Below are positions 32,961 through 43,443 of a DNA stretch of 64,000 bases, one piece after another. The notes beneath the pieces were generated by a model, which saw only the letters and a program-made list of their open reading frames with translations, was not told the origin of the DNA and searched no databases. Location of the stretch: NCBI GenBank assembly GCA_000091205.1, contig AP006496.2; one strand, given 5' to 3'. Within the stretch, counting starts at the first letter, position 1; every line of letters begins with the position of its first letter. The position numbers and the translations under genes were made by a program. This stretch comes from Cyanidioschyzon merolae. Its lineage: Eukaryota.

Positions 32961-33650
32961 CGAGCAACGTCTGCAAGTGGAGGCTTGCCGTTCCGTTCAC
33001 AGCATCAGGTGCCGGTAGCCAGGTTACTAACGCAACCAATTAAAAGCGACCATATATCAAGCGTTCTGAGCCCGAACTGCGTCCACCAGAGGGGCGTTCC
33101 GCAGTACTTGCCGCCAAGGCTTGTGTCAAAGCGACACGCGCTTGCCGTAGAACGCACCTTTAGTGCAGCGTCGGGCGCGAGCGACACGTCTACAGCGCGA
33201 TACTCGCCCCGCGCTTGTGCTGCAGTACCGGCTTTGTTACCAGTGGGTCTCTCTCGAGGAATACCTCGTGATGCGGTCATGCTCTGGGAGGCTTCACAAC
33301 TGCGCACCTACGCCATATTCATGCATGAAACAGCGGGTGCTTCGCATACAGGGACTGGATCGCATTCGAGTTCCGGGCTCGAGCGCTATTCCCATGAACT
33401 CGTCAGCTTTGTACAGAGGAAGAGGCAGAGACAGCGACTTTGTGCACCCAGTTGGCGATGCATTAAACCTGGCGATCTTGCCGTGAGCTCTGTCGCGCTC
33501 AAATACATGAACAAGCAAGTCCGTCGAGCGCGGAAACCGCAGTTGTGCACGTGCACTGCCCGCAGAACATTGGTCCCTAACAGCGTCTTCTGAGCGATAA
33601 ACAGTTGCTTCCCAGAGTCCGGGCACATCTGTGCTCAGAAGCAGGCTCTT

Positions 33651-34772
33651 TTACGAGACGTCAAGCGCTTCATTGCTCCCGGGTGCTCCCAAGTCCGGTG
33701 CGCATTCACGAGCAGCCGCCATATCATGCGGATCTTCTTCGTTTGCCGCAAGGCTCGCTCCAGGCTGTGCACCGGGAACGAAAGCCAACGGTGCGACTAA
33801 AAACTCAAAAAAACAATGTTGTGAGGCAGGGAAGGCGCCTTCTGAGGCCGCCAGCGCCACCTCCACCACAGCATTTGTCTTACGGTTCACAGAGTTGCGG
33901 AATCCGTGCCCTGTTGGCAGCGGCACTCGAGCTGTCATATGAAGTACATCATTCGCATTCATTCGGAGACGAACAAGATCGGCGCGCTGAAGTGCTCGCA
34001 GACATCTCTTGAGCAGCAGCGCACTATAGGCCACAGTCTGCTCCTGAACGCACTCAAACTCGAGAAAGGCAACGTCCTCAGCGGGTTCGTCGTCTCCTGT
34101 GCCAAAAAAAGGTATCTGGACGCGCACATTGGACACGGTTTGATCGCCGAGCGCCTGCATCCGCAAACCTGGGCAAGGATAGGGTACCATACTTAGTTGC
34201 GCTGCAGCCGCTCCGGTGTAGTCGAGTTCGGCGAGACAGATCGCGAGTACTCGACTCATGATTACAGCATCATTGTAAATCGGCACCTGAAGAAACTCAA
34301 AGTCATGGAGCGGAACTTGTGCTGCTGTCTGCACTTCACAGTCCAGGTAGCTTGTTGGATCGATCTGGAGCAACAACTGCAGCGGGCTTCCCCGTCGCTG
34401 GTACAGCATCCGCAGCGGTGCCCCGAGTGCAGACCTATCCACCGGACCTGTACAACCCACGAACAGTTGCAGACAGGTCAGTAGCTCTGTCCGTGGAACC
34501 TGAAAAGCAGTGTCCTCGACGACATCTGCCGGCGGGTGACACTCGAATAAGGTGAACAGCTCCCGCGGTAGCGTCACACACGCCTGAAAATAACCAGACT
34601 CTTGTACGACAAAGCGCAGTCCGTTCTGGTTGCGTGGAACCACCACAAGAACCAGGTCGCTAGAGAGAGAAGCTGCCGAAGGTAGACTTTGGAGCGCGTC
34701 AACCAGAAACTTTCCGCTTTGTAACTTGCATAAAAGCAACGGATTCGGGCTTTCGATGGCGCTGTCCACCAT
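33651..34772 (-). CDS. RAD1: RAD1/Rec1-like checkpoint clamp (9-1-1 complex) subunit
   Basis: LRMLYQRRGSPLQLLLQ aligns with human RAD1 LRMCYQGYGYPLMLFLE, and the C-terminal QHCFFEFLVAPLAFVP...EED with QICFVEYYCCPDEE. The length suits a PCNA-like fold. ATG start verified. Confidence 0.55.
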   Translation of the reverse strand: MVDSAIESPNPLLLCKLQSGKFLVDALQSLPSAASLSSDLVLVVVPRNQNGLRFVVQESGYFQACVTLPRELFTLFECHPPADVVEDTAFQVPRTELLTCLQLFVGCTGPVDRSALGAPLRMLYQRRGSPLQLLLQIDPTSYLDCEVQTAAQVPLHDFEFLQVPIYNDAVIMSRVLAICLAELDYTGAAAAQLSMVPYPCPGLRMQALGDQTVSNVRVQIPFFGTGDDEPAEDVAFLEFECVQEQTVAYSALLLKRCLRALQRADLVRLRMNANDVLHMTARVPLPTGHGFRNSVNRKTNAVVEVALAASEGAFPASQHCFFEFLVAPLAFVPGAQPGASLAANEEDPHDMAAARECAPDLGAPGSNEALDVS

Positions 34773-35409
34773 AGATAGGTTACGGACGCCAGTTTCGGGA
34801 GCGGTCTAGCGAAATCACTTCCCGCCGTTTTGTGTATTGTGCGGACTCGGCGGCGTCGTTTTCGAGCAGCCGCAGCGGCCATGAAAACGTGTGTGCTCTC
34901 CGACACGAGGCCTGAGCTGCGGGACTTTGGTTGCAGAGCTGGCAAACGTTCTGGTGGGACACAAGTACGTTGATGAGAAGGATTTCGTGCGTTCCGAAAC
35001 CTCGTTCGGGAAGCACGCGCCACGCTCAGGGGTCTGAGCGCCGCCAAAGCTGCTCTAAAGTTCGACTGGCCTGGTGAAAGCTCATCACGAGGGAGGTACT
35101 TGTCGCGAACGTGTCTCGCAAACCCAATAATGTTCTTGATAGCAGAAAAATGGTCTGGTTAAATCACATGACGATGGAGACGTCTGGTTCACTAGTGTCT
35201 CGCGAACCCCGCAGTATCCTCATTCGATTCGAGCAATTGTTGCATCCCAGGGACAGAGAGAAGGCTTGAGTTGCGTGCTACATCAAGCGTTCTGCGTTGC
35301 GTTGGAAAATCGAGCGGCACCGAGTCGGGTCTATCTATTCGCGCGTACTGCACCCATCTTTACACGGCGATCGAAGCACACCGTTGGAGATACGCACAAA
35401 CTTGTAAAA

Positions 35410-36549
35410 CTAGAGCGGCGCCACGCTGAGCCGGACTAGTTCGGGAAACTGCGCTATCATATCTTCCTCCGTGAGCGTGTCGTTCGGTCGATCAGGGGTC
35501 CAGAGAACCTCCACCGCAAGCAGGTCGTCTTCCGTGACACCATGAAGCGCCTCCAAGACATGGCCGCTGGAGCGCGCAACACCTGTGAGGTTCCGGATCG
35601 CGACAAGAAGCGCCACCACGAGGAAGCTATCAGGCTCTGTTTCCTCCCCAGGCGCATTATTTGCATCTCCAGTTTCATCTGAATGAATTCGGCGGACGCC
35701 GTCCAAGTTCAGGACGGTGTCTTCACGCCAATTCGCTTTAATCTGCACGCTCATTCGACGAAAGGAGCTTTCAGCAGCCGATTCTTCAGATGCATCGAAG
35801 GTTAGCACATCGTGAGCAGATGCGTACCATCCCTCGCCGGTCTCGCGGGCTCTTTCAAGCAAGAGCGTAGCGTCGCGGAGAAGATGGCAAAGATCTCGTG
35901 GTTGCGTTGTGTCTAGCTCTGCAGCTAGGGCTTGCAGTTTGGGACGGACAAAGTCTCGAGCTTCGCCTCGAAGCGCGACCAATAGTCGAGCGACGGCTAT
36001 GCTTCCCGGCTGGAAGCTTATCCCACGCTTGGTCCGGTCACCGCGACTTTTCAGGGTCGAAGCAGCTATGACGCTACCGAAAATCGCTATCTCCCATGGA
36101 AACGAGTTGCCGGTTCGTGGACCACGAGCCGTAGGCACTTGGACGCTCACTGTTCCTTCGCTGTCAGAAAAGCTCAGGTCGCCAGTGGTTTCCTGTCTGT
36201 ACACCTGGCGACTTGGTCTACCAGGGAGGACTGTATCACTGGGACCAGTGCCAGACGACTCTGAACGGCTCCAACCGCCGACACTGCCGCCCGTTCGACT
36301 GGCGAGCACTTGTTGAACCGCCACTCCGGAACGGTTTTGCACGAACAGTACTTGCGCCGGCACGGGCTGCAGCCACGGAAAAGTCATCAACAGCCCCCGG
36401 CGTGGTTGACAACCCAAACGCGACGCTCTTCTTGTTCTGCGCGCTCTGAAGTGCACGCCTTCCTCCTGAGGAGAAACCGGTACGAGCGTGCGTACTGCTG
36501 CACCAAAACGCCCGCTCGTTGCACCTGGGGCTCCTCCGCAACTGAACAT
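35410..36549 (-). CDS. DUF1517-like protein (tentative)
   Basis: LQALAAELDTTQPRDLCHLLRDATLLLERARE and the C-terminal LAVEVLWTPDRPNDTLTEEDMIAQFPELVRL resemble the conserved blocks of the plant, algal and cyanobacterial DUF1517 family. The ORF-track start is GTG; the first ATG is at 36549. Confidence 0.35.
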   Translation of the reverse strand: MFSCGGAPGATSGRFGAAVRTLVPVSPQEEGVHFRARRTRRASRLGCQPRRGLLMTFPWLQPVPAQVLFVQNRSGVAVQQVLASRTGGSVGGWSRSESSGTGPSDTVLPGRPSRQVYRQETTGDLSFSDSEGTVSVQVPTARGPRTGNSFPWEIAIFGSVIAASTLKSRGDRTKRGISFQPGSIAVARLLVALRGEARDFVRPKLQALAAELDTTQPRDLCHLLRDATLLLERARETGEGWYASAHDVLTFDASEESAAESSFRRMSVQIKANWREDTVLNLDGVRRIHSDETGDANNAPGEETEPDSFLVVALLVAIRNLTGVARSSGHVLEALHGVTEDDLLAVEVLWTPDRPNDTLTEEDMIAQFPELVRLSVAPL

Positions 36550-38596
36550 TGTGAACACGGTGTAAACGGTTTACGTCTAGAGCGAAAAGCTTCAGTTCGC
36601 ACAGCGGCAGCAATCTCCTATGGCTCAGCGTCTCGAGGCTGTGCCCAAGTCCGGTGCCAGCAACGGTTCCTAGCGCGCAACTCGCCGCAGAACAGCGGCA
36701 AGCAGATGCCAAAGGCTTTCTTATGTTCTGGAGAACGTTTGCACTGATAAGTGTGGACGACGGAACGAATACATTACGGAGATCGAGTGCGTGTATGCAC
36801 CCACTCACAGAAACCTCCCGGTCATTTTTGACCGGCCGGCTGCATTCGGCTTTAGCGTCTGATTGTACACTTCGAGCGGGAGAGGCTGCCCCACGAAGTT
36901 GGATTGCCCCAGCTCCTCGGGTCTTGTTCTCAGCTGCACACATCGTTTGCTATTGATGGCACTGTTGAAGTGTGGGTTCACGAACTCCTTGCGGGCTTTG
37001 CCGCTGGTGGAACGCACCTTTGCAAGGATTCCTCCACGTCGCGCCCTCTGTGCCACCACAGTCTTGTTATATTGCGTCGGGCAACGAGCTTTTCTCGCTT
37101 GTCTCGCCATTTCTTCATATTCGTCGTTTGCTCTTTGTCTGTCGACGGTCGGCGAGAAGGGGATTGTTTCCGATCTTTTCCCCGCACTCGGCGATGAACG
37201 GCCGCCGAAAGGCTCGACCTCCATGTCCGTAACTGTCCCTTGGATTTTTTATGTTTCCAATATGCACGTACTTGCTTATGCTGTTGGGCGAGGACCTTCC
37301 CTGCGTGAAAATGACTTGTGGAAGATCGACGACATGTGTCCCGATGTGTCGCCGTGTGCTGAGCGCTTCAGCGATTCGCCCAGTGGCGCGAACCTTACAT
37401 TTCGCAACCGAGAACACTTCTTCGGTAGGGTTGAAACACGGAGCCTACGGAGGAATGAGAACCAGCTCTACCCCCGATAGAATCGGCAAAAGCTTGAACG
37501 CATGGGGAATGGTGAGATGCTACATTGTGCAATTCAAGGACGTCGCCATACCTCAGGGAAAAGTCTTCAGTGACTCGACAATGAAGATGCTATTGCGGGA
37601 GCCTTCTCTACGAGCCAAAATTGAGGCCGCCGAATCCATGCACTGCATCTGGAACACTTGATGACGTCGTCGTTCTCTTCGAGACCGATCGTACGTACAA
37701 CGGACTCCCAGCTCCGCGAATGCCCATAAACGCTCCGAGCGTTTCGTACAATGAACGTCTCATCGATGAAAACAACAAACCGACACCTCCCTACTTGATA
37801 TCGATCGTACCTTTCCAGACACGCTGTCGGTACAATATCAGTGGAAGATGACCGAGCGTGAATTAGGACTCTCTTTTTGCGTCTGCATCCTAATGTTGCT
37901 GAGGACTGCACGAACAACCCGCAGAGAAATAGAGACGCGCCTGGCAAACACGATCGACGCTTTTGCTTTCTCCACAGCGATCAACGGACCGCTTTTCTAC
38001 CATTGACCGCACGCACGCTTTGAGCATATCCATTTTTGGCGATGATTGCATACACGAGTTTCTTGCAGTGTTCGTCAGCCAGCAGCGTACTGTGCTATGA
38101 CTGACCTGAAAGAGGAATGCATTCCTCCTCGCACTATCCGGTAAAGCATATATATCTCCTACAATCAATGCATCTACGATCTATACAGCACATTGCATGG
38201 TGATGTCGATCGCCTGCTGGACACCGCAGCGGGGGCGCAGCAACCAAATCGAATCGGAAGACGAGAAGGGAAATGTAGCGCTCACGCTTCTGGGGAAGTC
38301 TGGATCGATTCTCCGATCCGGTCTCATCAGCTCCACGGGAGCGAAAATGCTTGTCGCTGCTTTCATGTCCAACATCAGGTCTGTGTTCGTGACATAGACA
38401 CTCGGCTTCTCAGTACCAGCATTCATCGAGTTGCGGCTCGTGAGCGCTTTGTGCGGAGGAGGTGCTCGTGAGCACTCGCGCGGACACGTCGTCGCGGCGT
38501 CCGCATTCGGCAGCGCAGCGGTACCGGCTGGGCATCTTGGCTGAGGATCGTGTGCTGCCTGCCGGACTGCGCTGCTCGACACAACTTGCACACTTT

Positions 38597-39913
38597 ATGC
38601 AAATGACGTCATCAGAGACGCCTTTATACCCTTTTTCATTCACAATCTACCAGGGCTGTGTAGAAACTTGGTCGGAGTGGGCTCGAGAGCCGGACGTTGT
38701 CGCCCTGGAGACACTGCTCCGAGTGTGCGGCGTACCCGACAGTGCTGTGCAGACGCTTTCCAGCGGTACGCCTTACATGACCGATCGACTGGTGTTTCCG
38801 GTGCTTCACATACGTCGAAACGCCGAGCAGTGTGGTGAAGCGCCGCTTCAGGACTTTGTAGTTAGTGGCTGGTACGCTTGTCGGGGCTTGTTGCTCGACT
38901 TGGGGGTGCTCTCACCAGGGCAGTGCACGCCGGTCGCAGAGTCGCTGGTCTCACTGGTCCGCGATCGACTGGATCTTGGTCGTTTGTATGAATGGTGGCA
39001 CATAGATGCGAACTATTCTAGCTTCACGAAGCGCTACTGGTCGACGTTGTACCAGCTGCCGTGGATGGCGCGATGGACGATGCCCCGGCAGGAACGCGAC
39101 GCGGTGCGTACACGTCTGCTCATGCAGAGCGCAGCGTATCGACAGGTGCTTCGTCGGACTCGACCGACTTCGTCCAGTGGCGGAGCTACTTTCCGCAGTC
39201 CTTTTCCACCGGAGCGACGGCAGCAGCAGGGTCAGGAACGTGACCTTCATTCAGCGTCGTGGTCTGACGCGTCTGCGGCGCCCGCAGCGACGGCAGGGGA
39301 AGCAGGTGCGGCCGCGCTGGAAGCCGCAGCAGATGCTGAATTCTGGTCTCTGGAGATTGAACCTGTCCTTGATGCTCTCGCTGCGATGCTGGGTGAGCAT
39401 CGCTATTTCCAGTGCAGCAAAACGCTAGCGCCCACGACGACTGCGATGGAATCGCAGAATGGACCAACGACTGCACCAGGTTACGTGGACGCAGTGGTAT
39501 ACGGCCATTTGCTCGTATATTTACAGATGGAGCTACCAGTTGCGAGTCGCTTACGGGCGCTCGTAGCACAGCGACCGACACTGCAGCGTTATGTGGCACG
39601 AATGCGAGACACGCACTTACATTCGTGTGCTGAGGAGCAATCTGGGGCGGCGGAAGGTGTGCCACCCAGGGTCGCATCCGCTGGTGATTTGCCACGACCG
39701 CATCCGTCGCATGCTTCGTGGCAGGCAACCGGTAGCGCAAGGTCGAGCAACCGGTCCAAAATGAGCTCGACGCCAGAGGAGGACGCAGCCCAAGAACGCC
39801 AATTGGCGAATCGCACATTCGTCTGGCTCGCTGTTGGCAGCTTTATCTTTTACGCTTTATTCGGGACAGCGCTCGATGTTCGCATCGGAGACAGCTCGTA
39901 CGATGCAACATGA
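38597..39913 (+). CDS. Metaxin/Tom37-like GST-fold protein with a C-terminal transmembrane anchor
   Basis: The GST-C-like block GEHRYFQCSKTLAPTT...GYVDAVVYGHLLVYLQMELPVASRLRALVAQRPTLQRYVARM aligns with metaxin-1 GSQKFFFGDAPASLDAFVFSYLALLLQAKLP...LHNLCAYCTHI. The C-terminal hydrophobic segment is FVWLAVGSFIFYALFG. The ORF-track start is GTG; the first ATG is at 38597. Confidence 0.5.
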   Translation: MQMTSSETPLYPFSFTIYQGCVETWSEWAREPDVVALETLLRVCGVPDSAVQTLSSGTPYMTDRLVFPVLHIRRNAEQCGEAPLQDFVVSGWYACRGLLLDLGVLSPGQCTPVAESLVSLVRDRLDLGRLYEWWHIDANYSSFTKRYWSTLYQLPWMARWTMPRQERDAVRTRLLMQSAAYRQVLRRTRPTSSSGGATFRSPFPPERRQQQGQERDLHSASWSDASAAPAATAGEAGAAALEAAADAEFWSLEIEPVLDALAAMLGEHRYFQCSKTLAPTTTAMESQNGPTTAPGYVDAVVYGHLLVYLQMELPVASRLRALVAQRPTLQRYVARMRDTHLHSCAEEQSGAAEGVPPRVASAGDLPRPHPSHASWQATGSARSSNRSKMSSTPEEDAAQERQLANRTFVWLAVGSFIFYALFGTALDVRIGDSSYDAT

Positions 39914-40407
39914 GTTACACCGACATTTGACGTCTGCCCGAAGCGGGCCGGGAGAAGGGGTCAAAGCATCCTCGGTCGATCATGGAGGCTGTTGTCGTTG
40001 CAGATGAAGCGGGGCATTTTCACTGCTGCTTGCACGTAGAGCGACTGACATATGCACATGCCGGTAACCGCTTGCCTACTGGTCTGCTTGCCTGCCTGAT
40101 GGTCATCATGCTGGCAGATGGGTGTCTATACCATCTAGAGTCTCATGATGAGTTGCGAGTCTGGCAGCTGTGCGTCGCAGATGCGTAATTCTGGACGCAG
40201 ACGCGACGCTCCAAGATCCCGAGATTTACTGCAACGCACACACAAGTGACGGATGGAACGTGCAGATTCAGCGCATGATGCAAACGTTATCATGCACAAG
40301 AGCAGTCTGCACATGGATTGAGGAATTCGTGGACAATGGTATGCAGTAGCGTATGCGTCCACCGCCTGCCTACATGATACCGCTGGACACCTGTATTCAC
40401 CCAGGAA

Positions 40408-41679
40408 TCAGTCCATGAGCGGGAAAAGATACTCTTTGACAATATCACGCAGTAGAATGCGGGCATCGTCTGCCTGCAGATCACGTGTATCTGCAAGCAA
40501 GCACCTGACGCGCTCCGCGGCATTCCTCACGTTCTCGTCAACGACGGCACATGTTTGAGGGTGCTCCTGGTCAGACAAGCGCTGCATCCTGCGTACGCGA
40601 TGATTTGGTGATGGCGGTGGCCGCCTGGATGCACTGCTTGGCGCTGGGGGCGGCGAAAAACTCATATTGACGGCGCTCGTGCCGGCAGTAGCCTGCTGGG
40701 TCCGTTGGGCGTTCGCCTCAGAGGCGAACTCGTCGCCACCAGTGGACGCATGTGCGCTACACGACGCTGCGGAGCGACTGCGGAGACGCTGCATCGTGCC
40801 GGCAGCAGCAGCGTGACGGCGTGAGCACAGCATTTGCCGCAGGGCGACTTCGAAGGCCTCGGTTTTCGCGACAGCATCTGAGAGCGCCTGCACTGTACTC
40901 GCTCGGGTTGCAACCGTCTGCGATGTCGACAGGATACATGGCCAATCGCGCTGTTTGATCCAGGATAACATGGATGCATCGGCAGGCATGCCGAAGTAGT
41001 GGACAGTTAGTTCGTAGTACGCTGGGGCGCCCTGCTCAAACTCGAGGAGGTAGTCGAGAGGCACACGCTCGTGGCGCACCTGCACTGAAGGTCTGCTGCG
41101 CGGGAACGGCCGGTACCCCTGGGGATAGACGCGGAAAGCGCGCAGCGCAACCTGCCCGACTCGGCGGCTCCGGACCGGGTCCACGATGAGGATCACCCAG
41201 GGTCCTTGGCCGCTTTCCTGAACAGCACCGTGACTTGCCAGTTCACTTCGGCTGAGCCAGCAGCCGTATCCGTGATGCGAGCGGTACCAGCCGACAGCGT
41301 TCAAGGCGATGCCCGGCGTCAGTAGCTGCGAGCGGTTCTCGGGCAGTTGAGCGTCGCGCGCTGGTGACACTGGTACAGGCACTGTACCTGGAGGCGCGCA
41401 AGCAGGTGTCGCGTCCCAAACGACGACCGCTCGGCTCGACGCTCCTGGCGGCACGAAACCCCATAAAACCCCTTGTGTTTCTGTTGCGGAACACTGTTCA
41501 AAGCAGTGGCTTGTCACTTCGCTCAGCGCGAGCACCGAAACGTACACGTCGCGAAACGTGGTCGCTGTCGTTTCGGAACCCTGTTCGGACTCGTGCAGTA
41601 GCGTCGCTGTGCGCTCCAGCAAGGAGCCTGTCTCGCGGAGGCGACGCCAACCGCTAGGGTATGCGACGCGCTCGAGCAT
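40408..41679 (-). CDS. CSN5/Rpn11-like MPN-domain protein with a degenerate JAMM motif
   Basis: [13 protein letters not shown] aligns with the CSN5 block NLEVMGLMLGKV containing the conserved Glu. [19 protein letters not shown] aligns with CSN5 [51 protein letters not shown] aligns with [42 protein letters not shown] aligns with QYYALEVSYF. ATG start verified. Confidence 0.8.
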   Translation of the reverse strand: [423 protein letters not shown]

Positions 41680-41989
41680 AGTCGACTAGGTGCAGAAAGC
41701 TTCGACGGGTCCGAGCGTCGTCACCGGACCTTGTTCGAAAAGCATTCTCATTCGTTGGACAAGCTTTGCAACGTAGTGTTCGCCCGCCGTCTGGTACGGC
41801 GTTTCGCCACCACAGCGGGGCGTTCTCGCGAGAACTCGAAAGTCGAAAGAGCCGCCGCGCAGCCGAATAAGTGCACGCTGGTATCGTATTGCGTGGGCTT
41901 TGTTTCGTACCAGGTATCTAGTGATTCACAATGTGTTCAGGAGTCATCGTTCATGAGCAATGAATCTTTAAAATTCCTGGTTCAGCATG

Positions 41990-43137
41990 AAATGGAACGC
42001 TGAACTTGTCGATCTGTTCCTGCGTATCGATTGGGTTTTCCGAACGATTTACCAGAGACAGAGCTTCGAGATTCGCAGTGCAGCAATACGGGATTACGGA
42101 TTCATAGATAATTTCAGGAGTTTCCATCGTCTTGTCGCGGAAATTCAGGATGCCAAGGATATCGGGGTGATTCGCAACACACTCGAACAAAGGCACCTCA
42201 AATAGATGATCGTATCTTCCAGTGCATACGCACGAGGCTCCGCTCTCCTCCAATCCCTGCGGTACCAGCATGCTCTAATCAGGTATGCTTCGGGTTTTCG
42301 ATTTCTGTGGTCCAAGGCAACTCGCGGACGCGACAATGCGCGCTGTTGAATGGACGAGGAAGACAACTCGGCGTCGTCGTTTGAAGAGTTGTTGCATGGA
42401 GAAGGGTCCTGGATGCTGACTTGAGGCATCGCAGCGATCGACTCGAATGGAGTGTCGAAGGAGCAACCCATATCGACCGGATTTCCATACTGGATTTCCG
42501 TCTCGGTTCTTGGTTGTGCATGGAGAACATTGCGTTCAGCAAATCCTCTATTGATCGGAAGGGCGTGCGCTTGCTTGTGAAGCGAACAGCGTACCCGCCT
42601 ATGCGACTGCCCAGAGGAGGCTCGTATCGGAAGTGTGCGGCACTCGGCATTGAGACTGAGGCAGATATCATGGGGCGCCCTCTCTACCAGTCCGGGGCAC
42701 GTACCGGGCGAAGAAGCGAGCGGTGACGCACCCCAGGGCGGCGCTCGGAGGCGGAGGCGGCACGGGAGGCCCACGGGAATACCCTGCGGTAGCCGAACGA
42801 TACCCCGACGAATTCGCTCCCCGGATTCATACAAAGCAAAGGCACGTAGTAAGGGAAACATGTATCGATTGTGACGCCAATGCATACACTGCATGAAGAA
42901 CTGCTGCAGGCGGCGACCTTGCGACTCGAACGCTGCCATCAAAGTCCTTCGACTGCTGCAAACGTAGCCAGTTCGAAAGGAACGACCGAGTTGTTCACAG
43001 CCGGCGCTCAGAGAGAGTCTAAAGGAAGCGGTTGCCGAGAAATCCCGCATATATCGGTGTTGATCACAGTCGAAAGAAGCCAAACCAGTAGCGTATACGC
43101 CCGAGTTGTCAAACTGGACCCATTCCATCTCAGTCTG
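41990..43137. repeat. Inverted repeat arm A (1148 bp); partner at 53790..54937
   Basis: Reverse-complement comparison gives coordinate pairs x+y=96927. Boundaries are at 41990/54937 (outer) and 43137/53790 (inner). About six substitutions were seen in 1148 bp. Confidence 0.9.
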
Positions 43138-43443
43138 GTATGGCTCCATCATAACCCTGGACCCCCGGGTGTGCGTGTGCTATCAATAACCATCGGGAGA
43201 CCGCAGTTCCATTTTAGACGTCGCCAGGTGCTGCTCATCCTGGAACCGTGTTCAGCTCAATACCAGCGAGCAAGTCGATGGAGCGATCGCCCTTGGCGTA
43301 CGTTTTCGCTGGCGAGGGCGTTGCAGATGCGCCTCTCGCTGGCCAGCCTGCGGAGATGCAACATTTTTGTAATCGTAGTAGGTAGCGGGTCTGGGAAGTG
43401 GTACCAGGACGGCTCGTTTCTCTTGACTAGACGCGCATGGCTC

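Noticed and set aside
42145-43152. A 335-aa ORF inside inverted-repeat arm A, duplicated as 53799..54782, as a real gene
   Set aside because: Its composition is dominated by Arg, Ser, Ala and Leu with many Cys. There is no domain, and equally long ORFs overlap it on the other strand. This is typical of GC-rich non-coding sequence lacking stops.
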